From an uncultured virus (IMG/VR IMGVR_UViG_3300033512_000271) (taxonomy: Duplodnaviria > Heunggongvirae > Uroviricota > Caudoviricetes): 64,000 nt of DNA. The position numbers were made by a program, and so were the translations under genes. Positions 1 to 10,101 of the stretch are shown in pieces. The notes beneath the pieces were generated by a model. It made no database searches, was not told the origin of the DNA, and worked only from the letters and a program-made list of their open reading frames with translations. The number at the start of each line of letters is the position of its first letter. Within the stretch, counting starts at the first letter, position 1. The DNA lies in IMG/VR virus record IMGVR_UViG_3300033512_000271, one strand, 5' to 3'.

Positions 1-252
1 GCAGATGGGATGCAGCAGGAGAATGTTGTGGTTGTGGACGATAAACCGTCTACAAATGCAATGACAGCACAGGCTGTTGGTGGAACTTCATTGTTTACTG
101 TGTATTATGTAAACATCGACGAGACCACACGCAGCTTCTTTGTGAGAGGTATGGGTGATTTTAATATACCCGGTTTTTCAAAATGCTCGACTCTGTATCT
201 GGGTCAATGTCGAACGTTGTCGCAGTGTGCACCATACCTCTTCGTGCCGTAA
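1..252 (+). CDS. hypothetical protein, probably 5'-truncated by the window edge; may be joined to 183..527 by a frameshift
   Basis: Frame is open from base 1 to TAA at 250-252 and overlaps the next ORF by 70 nt. Confidence 0.4.
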   Translation, partial: ADGMQQENVVVVDDKPSTNAMTAQAVGGTSLFTVYYVNIDETTRSFFVRGMGDFNIPGFSKCSTLYLGQCRTLSQCAPYLFVP

Positions 253-527
253 AACTGGATACACGTCATGGTGCTACACACGCCACAAACGGGGTTAAGT
301 TTTATGAAACTACAACGAGCATGGCTAGATTGCTGCTTTCAGCTTCAATAACATGTCTGCAAACATACTTTAGCGACATCACGAAAACATCCAATAATAG
401 GGGATGCGACTTATTTGCAGAAGATGAAATGGTTGGGTTATGCAAAGAATTTGTGGATGAACGAGAACGCATCTCTAAGTTCGCCTCTATGATGTTGCTA
501 CTCACGAGTGTGAATTTGGACGAGTAA
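183..527 (+). CDS. hypothetical protein (or C-terminal half of the preceding gene)
   Basis: 114-aa ORF; no clear Shine-Dalgarno (SD) before ATG 183. Confidence 0.45.
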   Translation: MLDSVSGSMSNVVAVCTIPLRAVKLDTRHGATHATNGVKFYETTTSMARLLLSASITCLQTYFSDITKTSNNRGCDLFAEDEMVGLCKEFVDERERISKFASMMLLLTSVNLDE

Positions 528-580
528 ATACATTGTGCTTGCACACGGATGTGTGGGCATATTCTACAGGAGGATTCAGC

Positions 581-754
581 ATGGCTAAGAATACAGGTCA
601 AGGCAGTCGGATTGGTTCTGTCAAGAATCGTACTCAGGTTCAGAGTTCTAAAACTGACAGAGCTGTAAAACGTGACCCATCGACTGGGGGATTTGTTAGT
701 ACCAACTCAAAGGCAGAGTCGCCAAAGACAAAGCCAACAAAGGAAATCAAATGA
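581..754 (+). CDS. small basic protein (57 aa, MAKNTGQGSRIGSVKNRTQV...KRDPSTGGF)
   Basis: Strong SD GGAGG before ATG 581; ATGA overlap with the next gene; resembles a short conserved bacterial hypothetical family (recalled, not searched). Confidence 0.75.
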   Translation: MAKNTGQGSRIGSVKNRTQVQSSKTDRAVKRDPSTGGFVSTNSKAESPKTKPTKEIK

Positions 755-2442
755 CAAGTGAAATCAGAAGTTTTACACAGGAGCAATTTGCAGGCAATCT
801 GGACAGCCTTTCTGGAGTAATGCGGGAGATGCTTGCTTCATTTATCTCTGGAGCAGCCTTGAATGGGGTGTTTATAAACAGAAATGACAGAGCAGTGCCC
901 ATGTATGTAAAGGCGTTTAATGTAACAACTGGGGCGAGTACCTCTGCCCCTGTTTGCAAACGACTGGGTGCTCCAACACTGGTTCTATCTGACGCACAGA
1001 ATGCAGCATTAAACTGGTTAAATAAGTTTTCTCATACGATGGGGGAAATCGAAGGTCAGGAGACATTCGATAAAGACGGGAAACGTGTGAAGGCTGCCTA
1101 TGATTTGGCTCAGGAGTTGTCAAGCACCTTAGATAAACTGGACACAAGTGAGTCAGAGTCGGCGGCAGATGCAATTGGGATTTCGTTGGATAAAATGAAG
1201 GCTAGGGATGCCGCATCTTTCGCAAAATTGAGTAATGGAGAGCCCCCCGCTTTATGGTATCTGACGGCTAGAGATGTGATGCCAATATTCATGTTGAACC
1301 ATTTGATACGTGCGTCTAAAAATGGAGAGGGAGTTCTTTCATCTGGAGTTTTTTCGTTCCCACGCCCATTTAAGGTGAACGCTGACGGTGTGTCAGGAAA
1401 TGACGGATTGACGTCTGAGCAGGACGCAGTTCCGTTTGTACTCACCATGCAAGAGATGTACTTTTTTGAGGAGTTTTTAAAGTACGCAAAATCTGAAGCA
1501 TTTTCCAACAGCATGCTTCCGGTAGTGTCGCTTCGCATATTGTCTGAATTTGCTGACGATGTTGCCAAGGTATGTGAGTACTTTAAGACACTGTCACCAT
1601 GTGATGTGTCATACCTGGTTATCTGGGTTTGTTGGTTGCGGGTGTGTGCGAAGTTCGTCTACAACAATCCAAGTCTATATGTGTTGGCTTCATCACGTGA
1701 GACTATTTCACACATTTGTTTAGAAATGGCTGATTTGATACGTGATAAGGGGATTAACCCATTCTCCACGAAGTTTATTGATGAAATTGGAGAATTTGGT
1801 ATCGAGATTGTTAAGGGAGGTTCTTTCAAAAACGGGTTGAAAGGCGCAGCAGATACAGACGAAAATATGTTCTATCAAGACGATTTCTACGAACATATTA
1901 TACCGAAGCCTCTGAGTGTACGAGTCTGCCTATGGAGTGAGCACTCCTTGTTTAAAGTGATAGCAGTCGCTGCCCTGAAAAGAAAGGGTGACAACATACC
2001 ATCACTACTCCTGTTCCACTCATACAAATTGTTTGCCACCCACAAAGAACTAACCATACCGTTTATCGAATCTGAGGGCGGGGATAGCATCGAAGGGTAC
2101 TTTGGCGGATTGGGTGCCACCCACAGTAGGTTTTGTACTTATGTAGTGGATAGTAAAGGAAAAGCCCACCCATTAGTAATTCCAGTGCCTATTGTAAAAC
2201 ATTTTGAAGGTAATCCAATTGGTAAGCCGAAATATCGCACATTATGGTCTCTTGGGCTATGTAGAATGATTGTGGCTACATCCGGCAACACTGAGTGTCT
2301 GATCGGCGATTATGCGGATGCCTACAACACCAGATACGATATTGAAAGTGTGTCGCCAAAAGAAGTCGCTGAACTGCTCCCATTCGTCAAAACATTTGTC
2401 GATTCAGCCAGAGTTGATTGCAGCACTTTTTCTTACGTTTGA
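751..2442 (+). CDS. hypothetical protein with possible degenerate Nudix (NudF-like) C-terminal domain
   Basis: 563-aa ORF. VIAVAAL..LLLFHSYK..ELTIP..EGGDS parallels the NudF AVAV..LLVRQYR..LEIP..PGE pattern, but the REUxEE box is absent. Confidence 0.55.
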   Translation: MTSEIRSFTQEQFAGNLDSLSGVMREMLASFISGAALNGVFINRNDRAVPMYVKAFNVTTGASTSAPVCKRLGAPTLVLSDAQNAALNWLNKFSHTMGEIEGQETFDKDGKRVKAAYDLAQELSSTLDKLDTSESESAADAIGISLDKMKARDAASFAKLSNGEPPALWYLTARDVMPIFMLNHLIRASKNGEGVLSSGVFSFPRPFKVNADGVSGNDGLTSEQDAVPFVLTMQEMYFFEEFLKYAKSEAFSNSMLPVVSLRILSEFADDVAKVCEYFKTLSPCDVSYLVIWVCWLRVCAKFVYNNPSLYVLASSRETISHICLEMADLIRDKGINPFSTKFIDEIGEFGIEIVKGGSFKNGLKGAADTDENMFYQDDFYEHIIPKPLSVRVCLWSEHSLFKVIAVAALKRKGDNIPSLLLFHSYKLFATHKELTIPFIESEGGDSIEGYFGGLGATHSRFCTYVVDSKGKAHPLVIPVPIVKHFEGNPIGKPKYRTLWSLGLCRMIVATSGNTECLIGDYADAYNTRYDIESVSPKEVAELLPFVKTFVDSARVDCSTFSYV

Positions 2443-2464
2443 TAACCAATCAGAGGGGACGTGA

Positions 2465-3256
2465 ATGAAACCATCATGTAGATTTACAGACATCACAACC
2501 CCAGCTCCAGACGTCTTGCTAGGCATCAATGAGTACAATATTGTATCCATACCGTCTGGAGTTGAGTTTTATGCGAAAGTTGGTAAAGAATTTGAGGTTG
2601 AGGTGGAGTTTCGTGATAAATACACGATGTTCCCAACTACATTTCGACCAAGGGAAACATCGCAGCTTGTGGTCGAACTCAAAAACCGTCTGAGTGCGCT
2701 AGTCAAACAGAGTTGTGAGATGGGTTTGACCAATAAAAGCCTAGCTGTCGCCCCTCCTGTATTCATTCATGGGGTAGTTAGATTCATGTCAGTCTTCTGG
2801 TCTGCATGTGAATTTAGATTCCAAAGCCACATTACAGATAAACTCAAATATAGACTTCACTACGCCGACACTCTTAGTGCGAAGATTCATGGGGAGTATT
2901 CGTTCTCAAACACCATGCAGATAGTTGTCATGGACATGGTGCACGAGAAACTAAATCTGGAACGAGGGTATATTCCTAGACGTGTGGAGGTGGAGAGGGT
3001 TGTGAGGTTTTTTAATGAGTTGGTTCTTATGACAGCCCCATCAAAGGTAGAGGGACGTCCTCGCATAGTAGTGCCTGAAGATGTGGTAATGACGGAATTA
3101 TTCACTGTGCCTAGAATTGTGGAGGTACAATGTGATACGGATTTCGTGGAGCAGGCGTCATTAGTGATGGAGGTGTTTCGTGTTTTGGGGAGTGAATGTA
3201 GAGGGCTACGATTCTACTCCAAGACAGATACTGGTGTGTTGGATGTATATGTGTAA
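2465..3256 (+). CDS. hypothetical protein, possible inactive ligase-type nucleotidyltransferase fold
   Basis: SD GAGGGG. FIHGVV, IVVMDMV and ECRGLRF occur in the order of ligase motifs III, IIIa and IV; no KxDG. Confidence 0.5.
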   Translation: MKPSCRFTDITTPAPDVLLGINEYNIVSIPSGVEFYAKVGKEFEVEVEFRDKYTMFPTTFRPRETSQLVVELKNRLSALVKQSCEMGLTNKSLAVAPPVFIHGVVRFMSVFWSACEFRFQSHITDKLKYRLHYADTLSAKIHGEYSFSNTMQIVVMDMVHEKLNLERGYIPRRVEVERVVRFFNELVLMTAPSKVEGRPRIVVPEDVVMTELFTVPRIVEVQCDTDFVEQASLVMEVFRVLGSECRGLRFYSKTDTGVLDVYV

Positions 3257-3281
3257 ATAGATGACGTAAATTAAATCAATC

Positions 3282-3342
3282 AACACGCCTCCCCGCTTCA
3301 GTTTGCAGTCTTGATACTCAGACTGTCACTGGCTGGCGTGTT
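3282..3342 (+). promoter_or_regulatory. long intergenic stem-loop upstream of mazG
   Basis: Outer stem AACACGCC/GGCGTGTT and inner stem GCAGTCT/AGACTGT; no U-tract. Confidence 0.6.
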
Positions 3343-3361
3343 ACAAACTAGAGGCGGTAAT

Positions 3362-4423
3362 GTGGAAACAACAGAAGTAGTAGAGACAACAGTATTGGAA
3401 ACAGGAAGTACAAGTTCGTGGATGGATAAGTTTTACGCAAACACATTGAAGTTTGCCCGTTACAAAGCGGATAGAGCATCATGGATACCAGAGCCGCAAA
3501 CGGATCCAGGGGAGTGGATGTATCTAGCATTGGCATTTATCGCAGAAGTGGATGAGGTATGCACCGCATTTCGTGACTACAACGAATCAGTTTTGGAAGG
3601 TTTCAATTCACACAAATGGATGTTTACAAGCCCACAGTTTCTGTTCGGCAGCGACGAGACTAAAGCGATCAAATTGTGGATTGAAGAGCACAAGGAGAGT
3701 GCTGAAAACGTCATCCTTGAGATGGGCGATGTTTTATGGCAGGCGGTACATTTGATATACCACCTTGATAGAGTCAGTGGCGGGGTTGACAATACCGCAA
3801 AATTGATTCTTGATGGTGTGGCGTTCGATAACAGATTGGTTGAGTGTAATTCTAACGTTGAGAAGAACGATTTCGGCGTGAAGTTGTGGAAGCATATTAT
3901 CACCAAGGAGTGGGATGAACAGTTGGCGAAGTATGCAACTTTGATGAAGACTGGCGGAGACGGAATCACTAATAAAAAGGCTTTGGCAGATGGCAGTCTT
4001 ATTCTAGCACTACAATCGCTCACCAGAGAGAACGGGTTGGTTGTCGATGATTTGACAAAAGGGATGGTTGGTTGTGGGCTTTTACGGACGATAGCAGGTT
4101 TTCCAGCAAAGTCGTGGTTGAAAGCCAACAAGCCAGTGAAGTCTGTTGATACACATATGGTACTACAGCAGTGCACACTCTCCAGTTCAGAGATTTTCAC
4201 AGTTCTAGGAGGAATAACATCAGTGTTTTTGAGAACACTCAAGATCATGCGTATGATCGACATGTTGTTCGTGAACGGCAAAGAGAACGGAATAGAAGAA
4301 ATCTTTTTACCGTATTTTGATCCAAAACCAAGAGAACTGGTGTTACAGGTGGTCAACGATCCAAATGCTGTAATGGAAGCTAATATACGCAAACTCGAAG
4401 GTCGGTACAAACCTACACATTAG
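3362..4423 (+). CDS. mazG: MazG-like NTP pyrophosphohydrolase with a large insertion
   Basis: ExxE (AEVDEV), ExxD (EMGDVLW) and C-terminal N-I-R-K-L-E-G-R-Y are typical of phage MazG; GTG start after GAGGCGG. Confidence 0.7.
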   Translation: METTEVVETTVLETGSTSSWMDKFYANTLKFARYKADRASWIPEPQTDPGEWMYLALAFIAEVDEVCTAFRDYNESVLEGFNSHKWMFTSPQFLFGSDETKAIKLWIEEHKESAENVILEMGDVLWQAVHLIYHLDRVSGGVDNTAKLILDGVAFDNRLVECNSNVEKNDFGVKLWKHIITKEWDEQLAKYATLMKTGGDGITNKKALADGSLILALQSLTRENGLVVDDLTKGMVGCGLLRTIAGFPAKSWLKANKPVKSVDTHMVLQQCTLSSSEIFTVLGGITSVFLRTLKIMRMIDMLFVNGKENGIEEIFLPYFDPKPRELVLQVVNDPNAVMEANIRKLEGRYKPTH

Positions 4424-4433
4424 AGAGGCTGTT

Positions 4434-5698
4434 ATGAAGAAGGACGTAGGTTCACAGGTGTTAGATGCAGGCGATGTTTTAGCCTTGAAGCGGTTGAGTG
4501 CGCCCAGTGTAGATGTGCTAGAAGCACACAAACCTGGGAAACTTGACTTGGCTGCAGCAAACGCTTTATGGAAAAGCAAAAGCAAATTGAGTATCCAACA
4601 CAAACTTGACGGATTTAGGGTGCAAGTTTTTGTCAAAATGCTTGGGGACGGTGGTTTTAAAATCAAAGTGGGCACGGGTTCGTGGAAGGTACTTCCGAAC
4701 AAATATGTGGTCAGCAGGGTTACTGATGCCATAGAGGCTGTCGTAAATTCAGATAATGCGATTAACATTCTGAAGCGGCTGCCAGTTGAAGATAGGGTGA
4801 TGTTGTTTGACGGGGAGATTGAGACATATACCCTAGACCAGCACAAGAAATGTACGTTTGATCCATTCTCTACAATACAGCAGAAGCTGACAACAGAAAA
4901 TGCGACAGATGTGGATTTCGTGTATTCTATGTTTGATGTTGTCAACATCAAGGGCTTTGACCCAGGGACGATGATGTATACGTTCAGCCCATACAGCGAG
5001 AGATTTGTTTTACTGCATAGTCTAGTAGAAAATCTCACTGTGTCGCCAGCCATAGCCATCAGCGATATAGAAAAAGTTGATTCATCAGATTTTGCATCTG
5101 GTGGCGATCTGTTGAAACATATACAGTGGATATATGATTCCATTGTCACAGCAAGTCCAAACCTTGAGGGGCTTGTAATCTGGAATCTCGATTCTTGTTA
5201 TCGGGCTAAACGGGCTGGCGTGAAAAATCCAACCCTGTTTAAATTGAAGCCGTTTGAGGATTCAGAGGCGATTATTGTAGATGTGGTACCGCTACAAAGA
5301 AACACAGCAAGTGCTGATACCATGCCCACTGGAAGGTCTCGTAAAAGCAGTCGCATGAACGACATGGTCGTAGATTACGAGCGGGTAGGGTCTTTAGTGG
5401 TTGTGAATATAAAAGGAGAAGAATTCAACATTGGGTCTGGATTCTCTGATGACAAACGGCTGGAGATGATGCGGCAACACCTGAAAGGGGATTGCGTGGG
5501 AACATCGTGAAATTCAAACATCAGGTGGTAGGCGCAAAATCAGCACCGAGACTTCCAATTTATCTCGATTTTAGAGATGCGTCTGATGTTGGTGGGGCGG
5601 AGTTGAGCGCACTGTTGCGTGAATATGTAAAATACATGGACACCCATTCAGCTTCTTCACCCGTATTGGATGAGCGGTTAGAAGGCATGGCGGCTTAA
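4434..5698 (+). CDS. lig: ATP-dependent DNA ligase, interrupted by a -1 frameshift near 5500 (ORFs 4434..5510 + 5492..5698)
   Basis: Motifs KLDGFR, FDGEI, MFDVV, EGLVI, KLKP and IGSGF are in the first frame; the OB-fold end IVKFKHQ..G..PRLPIYLDFR is in the -1 frame. Confidence 0.9.
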
Positions 5699-5720
5699 AA
5701 GACATTCAGCAGTTTCAAAC

Positions 5721-5744
5721 ACCCACCACACCTAGTTGGTGGGT
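5721..5744 (+). promoter_or_regulatory. intergenic hairpin
   Basis: 8-bp stem ACCCACCA/TGGTGGGT, loop CACCTAGT. Confidence 0.6.
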
Positions 5745-5769
5745 TTAAATCACAACAGTGAGGTATGGC

Positions 5770-8475
5770 ATGAAAACTCGTTTACTAGTGAAGACTGATC
5801 CAAGTATCCCTGAGTTGTTCGTAGGGGCTGAAGGGATAACCAGCGCAGATAACCACCTTCCATCTATACAATTGATGTGCAGCCACCTGTCGAGTGTGTT
5901 GGCGGTGGTGTCTAACCGGATTGTAGGACGGTTGAAAAATGAAGTGCTGGACAATCGCACGCTGGCACGAAGATTTTTGGTGGAGATTAATTCTCCTACA
6001 ATGTACGACGTGATTTGTACGTCTGCATTAAGAAGTTTGATCTCAGGTGCAGCAATGACATTCGACACAGAGGACTTAGAGGCTTGTCGTGTCGCAGCGT
6101 CAGAATATGCTGGATTCGATAATCTAATCATAGACGTCCATAAAAAGGGTTGGGTTTCGTATAAAGATAACGTGTTTGCCCACGATTTATTAGTGATGCG
6201 GAGCGTGGATCAGTGGTTTATTTCACTTGATGAAGGGTCGGTGAGACTGAATGTGCTAGAAGTGAAACGTGGTTCAGAAATTGGCAAAACGACTGAATTT
6301 CACGAATCATTCTCACCATTCAAAAAAGCCATGAGTGGGGAAGTCATTGCGAAGTTTGACTCGTTTGACGACATAGAAAACCTCCCTCTGGACACTCTGG
6401 ACAACCAATACATTTACACTAATGCTGTGTTTTTCAGTAAAAGAATGCGCAACCCAATAGTAACGACAGCCAATGTTGGGGATTTGACAGAATTCATGTT
6501 ATTGAACAGTGCCGACACTCCTGCACAAGTGGGAGAATTATACACAAAGGTTCTGTCGAGAACAAACAAGACTCACACTCCCAACACTTCGCTCAACCAC
6601 ACTATTGAAGCCAGACTTCATGACATGTTGTCGATGCCCTCAGCATTCATCAACTTCGTGATGTCGTCAAATGTCGCAGCAGAGATTGCTAGGGTTTTGT
6701 CAAATTCGACATCATTCAGACAGGAGGCACATTCCCTCGTTGCAGAAATTAACACATTGCTGAAGAGTGCCAACGATCCAGATGAAGAGACGGAATGGTC
6801 TCAGGCTGTTAGAGAGAAGTCAATCGGGTATTGCAGTGTAGAACGTTCCAGCAGCATTCCAGGAAAACCAACAGATGATGTTTACCCAACGAGTGTGAAT
6901 GACAAGACGATCAGAAAGTTTTATAGCTGGTTGAAGAGAGTGCGCTACTCTGCCAAATTTAGAGGTGGGTGGGCGTTGCGCAGACTGGCTGCTGAATACG
7001 GTGCATCAGCAAAAACAGCTACCCAATGGATGCTTAACCAGGGGTCACGTGATGAGAAGGTGTTGGGCGATCTAACAGAGGCTGGGATTAGAGCGACTAC
7101 AGACCAAGGAAATGCTGTGGTAACGAGTAGAATGTACATAATTCGCCGCTTTTGCGAGGACATGTACAACATTGCAAAGAGACTCCCTGAAGTGGATCAT
7201 AAAGGTAATCTGATAGACCAGGGGACAGCACAGTTTAAGGCTAAGTTGTATAAGCTGCTGGTCATGTCGCATGTTATGTATATGGCGCAATCAGTGCTCC
7301 GTGACATGTTATTCGACATGAGCAGACGGACAAAATACTCATGTACAGTGTATGAATCCTCAGTGATGATGTTAGCATTGGTGGCGACATTAAGAACATC
7401 GTGCCTAACAAATTCTTCTTCAACCTTACGGGCTGTGACAATAGAACTGGCGCAAGGATACTCTAGCGTGTCGCATAAGGTGGAGGAAATGATGTGGAGC
7501 AGCATGACTATCGAAAAATGGGATGCGATTTGCAGCAGATTTACAGACACTGGATACACAACATCTTTGTCGGTCAACAGTGTTTTAAATGCAAACAACT
7601 TCCAGGCGGCACAGTCGTTTTATGATGCAGCAGACAGTGAGTATGCCAGGTTTTTAAAAGATAAGTCAACAGGACGCATGTCTTACGTTGAACTGGCGAT
7701 GAAGCGGCGGGGTGGGATTATTAGACTAGACAGCGACGTGTGCCTGGCACTCAGATCGACCACTGCATACGCAAAAATCACTTCAGGAGTCGGGTTTGAA
7801 CAGGAGGATATTGACAGCATCTATTCAGAGCTTGCTGATGCACTTTCAGTGTACATGACTAAGCAAAATGACGCCTCTGTCATTGCAATGTTGGACATGT
7901 ATGTCAATAATTCTGGACTTAATGGTGCATTAGTATTTCTAAAGATGTTGTTGAAGGCTGCGGGTTACGACGTGGGCACTTTATCAAATGGTGAACTGGT
8001 CGATAAGCTGCTGAATGTGATCGTCGAAATTTTTGAGAGGGTCAAGAGGATCGGAAATTTGCCGCATCACGACGCAGTGACAGAATGGGCGGGATTTCGT
8101 TCCATCCCCCTTTACAGATTGTACTATACAGCTACGGAAATTATAGCCCCACCTTTGTCAGCCATGCTCGAAGAGAGTGGTGGCATAGTGACTCAGCGTG
8201 TTAAGGATCACGTCATCAAGGCTTGCCTCGACTACACCAACAAGGTTAGAGGCGACAGTTCTCTACCACCTATTAACGTTGATAGAATATCCACGATGAC
8301 CAAATCGCCAGTAACCACGCCTCTTTTCGTGATAAATGTAATGGATGGTATGGATGCTGTGGGCGATGCTCTGATGATCATTAAGGGTCTTCCAAACGAT
8401 GATAAGAAATACAAAACAGGCGTAACAATGGATTTCTTCAGAGGTGTGACCAGCATGGTAGTGTCAAACCATTAA
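5770..8475 (+). CDS. large hypothetical protein (~900 aa); possible N-terminal PD-(D/E)xK-like motif
   Basis: Long ORF; SD GAGGT before ATG 5770; HDLLV...LEVKRG is only a weak nuclease-like hint. Confidence 0.7.
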   Translation: MKTRLLVKTDPSIPELFVGAEGITSADNHLPSIQLMCSHLSSVLAVVSNRIVGRLKNEVLDNRTLARRFLVEINSPTMYDVICTSALRSLISGAAMTFDTEDLEACRVAASEYAGFDNLIIDVHKKGWVSYKDNVFAHDLLVMRSVDQWFISLDEGSVRLNVLEVKRGSEIGKTTEFHESFSPFKKAMSGEVIAKFDSFDDIENLPLDTLDNQYIYTNAVFFSKRMRNPIVTTANVGDLTEFMLLNSADTPAQVGELYTKVLSRTNKTHTPNTSLNHTIEARLHDMLSMPSAFINFVMSSNVAAEIARVLSNSTSFRQEAHSLVAEINTLLKSANDPDEETEWSQAVREKSIGYCSVERSSSIPGKPTDDVYPTSVNDKTIRKFYSWLKRVRYSAKFRGGWALRRLAAEYGASAKTATQWMLNQGSRDEKVLGDLTEAGIRATTDQGNAVVTSRMYIIRRFCEDMYNIAKRLPEVDHKGNLIDQGTAQFKAKLYKLLVMSHVMYMAQSVLRDMLFDMSRRTKYSCTVYESSVMMLALVATLRTSCLTNSSSTLRAVTIELAQGYSSVSHKVEEMMWSSMTIEKWDAICSRFTDTGYTTSLSVNSVLNANNFQAAQSFYDAADSEYARFLKDKSTGRMSYVELAMKRRGGIIRLDSDVCLALRSTTAYAKITSGVGFEQEDIDSIYSELADALSVYMTKQNDASVIAMLDMYVNNSGLNGALVFLKMLLKAAGYDVGTLSNGELVDKLLNVIVEIFERVKRIGNLPHHDAVTEWAGFRSIPLYRLYYTATEIIAPPLSAMLEESGGIVTQRVKDHVIKACLDYTNKVRGDSSLPPINVDRISTMTKSPVTTPLFVINVMDGMDAVGDALMIIKGLPNDDKKYKTGVTMDFFRGVTSMVVSNH

Positions 8476-8480
8476 TAACT

Positions 8481-8500
8481 TAGCTGCTTTCGGGCGGCTG
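8481..8500 (+). promoter_or_regulatory. TTCG-loop hairpin abutting the SD of the next gene
   Basis: TAGCTGCT-TTCG-GGCGGCTG (with G-U pairs), directly followed by the GGAGG SD. Confidence 0.5.
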
Positions 8501-8508
8501 GAGGAAAC

Positions 8509-9804
8509 ATGCAAGTTAGAATAAACACAACGGACTTTAAGCTAACAGAAGAGTTGTCGAAAATTCACGACGTTCTTGAGTGGGCTGCAACAGCTCTACG
8601 AATTCCCACATATCCGTGCAGTAGTATGGGTGGATTTGTTCCGAAAGGATTCACCTCCGGCTGCGTATTTATGAATGAGGCTGTAGACTGCATAGATATC
8701 GAAGTTGGTGGGAATGCGATAAATGGGCTATATCTTGCACACAACTCAGTCATTCAGGACTTATTATCCGAGGATGTAGAAATATCTGTTGATAGACGTG
8801 TGATCATCGAAGATTGTAAAGTGGAATGTGTTGTTAGGGATGGCGGTGATTGGAGAAACTTCAGATTCATTGGGGAACACGCCAAGTACATGGGATTGGT
8901 GACTGGGCTTCATGGGGGCGTCTTCATTGAAAAGGAGGCTGCTGAAGCGAAATTGGATAGAATTTATGGGGTCGACAGTGTAATCTCGCTTCTGGTGGGC
9001 AGTCTTGCGTACACACTGACATTGAGCAATTCTAGTGGAGTATTAGGCAGTTATCTGGTCATTGGTTTTGACACTACAGATGAATGTGATGCACTTCTCC
9101 ATTATTTGATGATGTGCGAGACTTGGGCATTGGGGGGATTGCCAGCACATATGAGACTCATTGACACATACTCGATGGTGCGTATTGTGCGTGATGAGTA
9201 TAACCTCCTAACGTCGTTTGTGGAGTCTGGAGAAATGTCTTCAGAATTTTTGGCTACTGTGATGGCTAATATATGGCTGAAACGGCTGACAGCAAAGAAT
9301 GACTCACCAATTATCGCCACATGGAGACAAATCTCGTATTATTTTGAACCGTCTAGTCATAGTATTTTTGGGACATTCAAGGAATGTGTTTCTGGGGACG
9401 TTGAGTATGTTTCAGAAGTGGCTTCGACTATTTCGATCAAGATAATTGGTGTTCAGGTCACTACTCTGGCTGGGGTAGCGATCCGCATGACACAAGACAA
9501 AAGGGCGTATTTGACCACAGATTTTAAACAACTGCTTTCGGCTTTCATCGCATCACATATTCTGCCATTCGTTGTCAGCGGTTTGAATACTGTTGCTGCG
9601 GCTAATGTGCCTTGGACATCCCTTCATGATTGCACTGTAGATGAATTCTTGACAACTCACTTGGCGTTAGTTGCACTTGATCAAGAGAGCGGGTTGATGG
9701 AGGCTGTGTACCAGTTGACATCACAAGAGAAGACGCTGGTTTTATCGGCTATAAAGGCTGAAGATTTGGCTAGGATGATGCCGTATAGCAACAGTGTGCA
9801 TTAG
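8509..9804 (+). CDS. hypothetical protein, possible degenerate Pol-beta-superfamily (RlaP-like) nucleotidyltransferase
   Basis: SD GGAGG. LLVGSLAYTLTLSNSS resembles the GS.AYG....SDxD motif but lacks the aspartates. Confidence 0.6.
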   Translation: MQVRINTTDFKLTEELSKIHDVLEWAATALRIPTYPCSSMGGFVPKGFTSGCVFMNEAVDCIDIEVGGNAINGLYLAHNSVIQDLLSEDVEISVDRRVIIEDCKVECVVRDGGDWRNFRFIGEHAKYMGLVTGLHGGVFIEKEAAEAKLDRIYGVDSVISLLVGSLAYTLTLSNSSGVLGSYLVIGFDTTDECDALLHYLMMCETWALGGLPAHMRLIDTYSMVRIVRDEYNLLTSFVESGEMSSEFLATVMANIWLKRLTAKNDSPIIATWRQISYYFEPSSHSIFGTFKECVSGDVEYVSEVASTISIKIIGVQVTTLAGVAIRMTQDKRAYLTTDFKQLLSAFIASHILPFVVSGLNTVAAANVPWTSLHDCTVDEFLTTHLALVALDQESGLMEAVYQLTSQEKTLVLSAIKAEDLARMMPYSNSVH

Positions 9805-9947
9805 GATTGGGACGGTTTTTGCGTATCGGTCGCAACGCCAACCTTACCATCGTGGTTGTACCTGGTGTCTGACGTGTAAATTATGATTGCCCCGATTCCA
9901 GTCAGGGCAATCATCAATCCAATCTCACAAATAATGGACTCAACCAA
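9801..9947 (-). CDS. possible small hydrophobic peptide (48 aa from TTG, or 37 aa from ATG 9914)
   Basis: Open minus frame LVESIICEIGLMIALTGIGAIIIYTSD...; its stop overlaps the stop of 8509..9804. Confidence 0.3.
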   Translation of the reverse strand: MVESIICEIGLMIALTGIGAIIIYTSDTRYNHDGKVGVATDTQKPSQS

Positions 9948-10009
9948 TAAAGTATAACTAAGTAAACCTAAGCCCAGGTAATCTCACGAGGATTAAACTG
10001 GAGGTATTT

Positions 10010-10038
10010 TTGTTGTCGTCCTAGGTTTGTTGTATAAT
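10010..10038 (+). promoter_or_regulatory. sigma70-like promoter
   Basis: TTGTTG-17 bp-TATAAT in an AT-rich intergenic region. Confidence 0.5.
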
Positions 10039-10073
10039 AGTGCCAATTACTCAGCTTTCCGTAATACTAATAA

Positions 10074-10101
10074 ACCACCCAGACGTCAAGTTCTGGGTGG
10101 T
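10074..10101 (+). promoter_or_regulatory. leader hairpin upstream of the helicase
   Basis: 10-bp stem ACCACCCAGA/TCTGGGTGGT. Confidence 0.6.

Noticed and set aside
3577..5149. Long minus-strand ORFs (277 and 268 aa)
   Set aside because: They lie antisense to mazG and the ligase and show no motifs.
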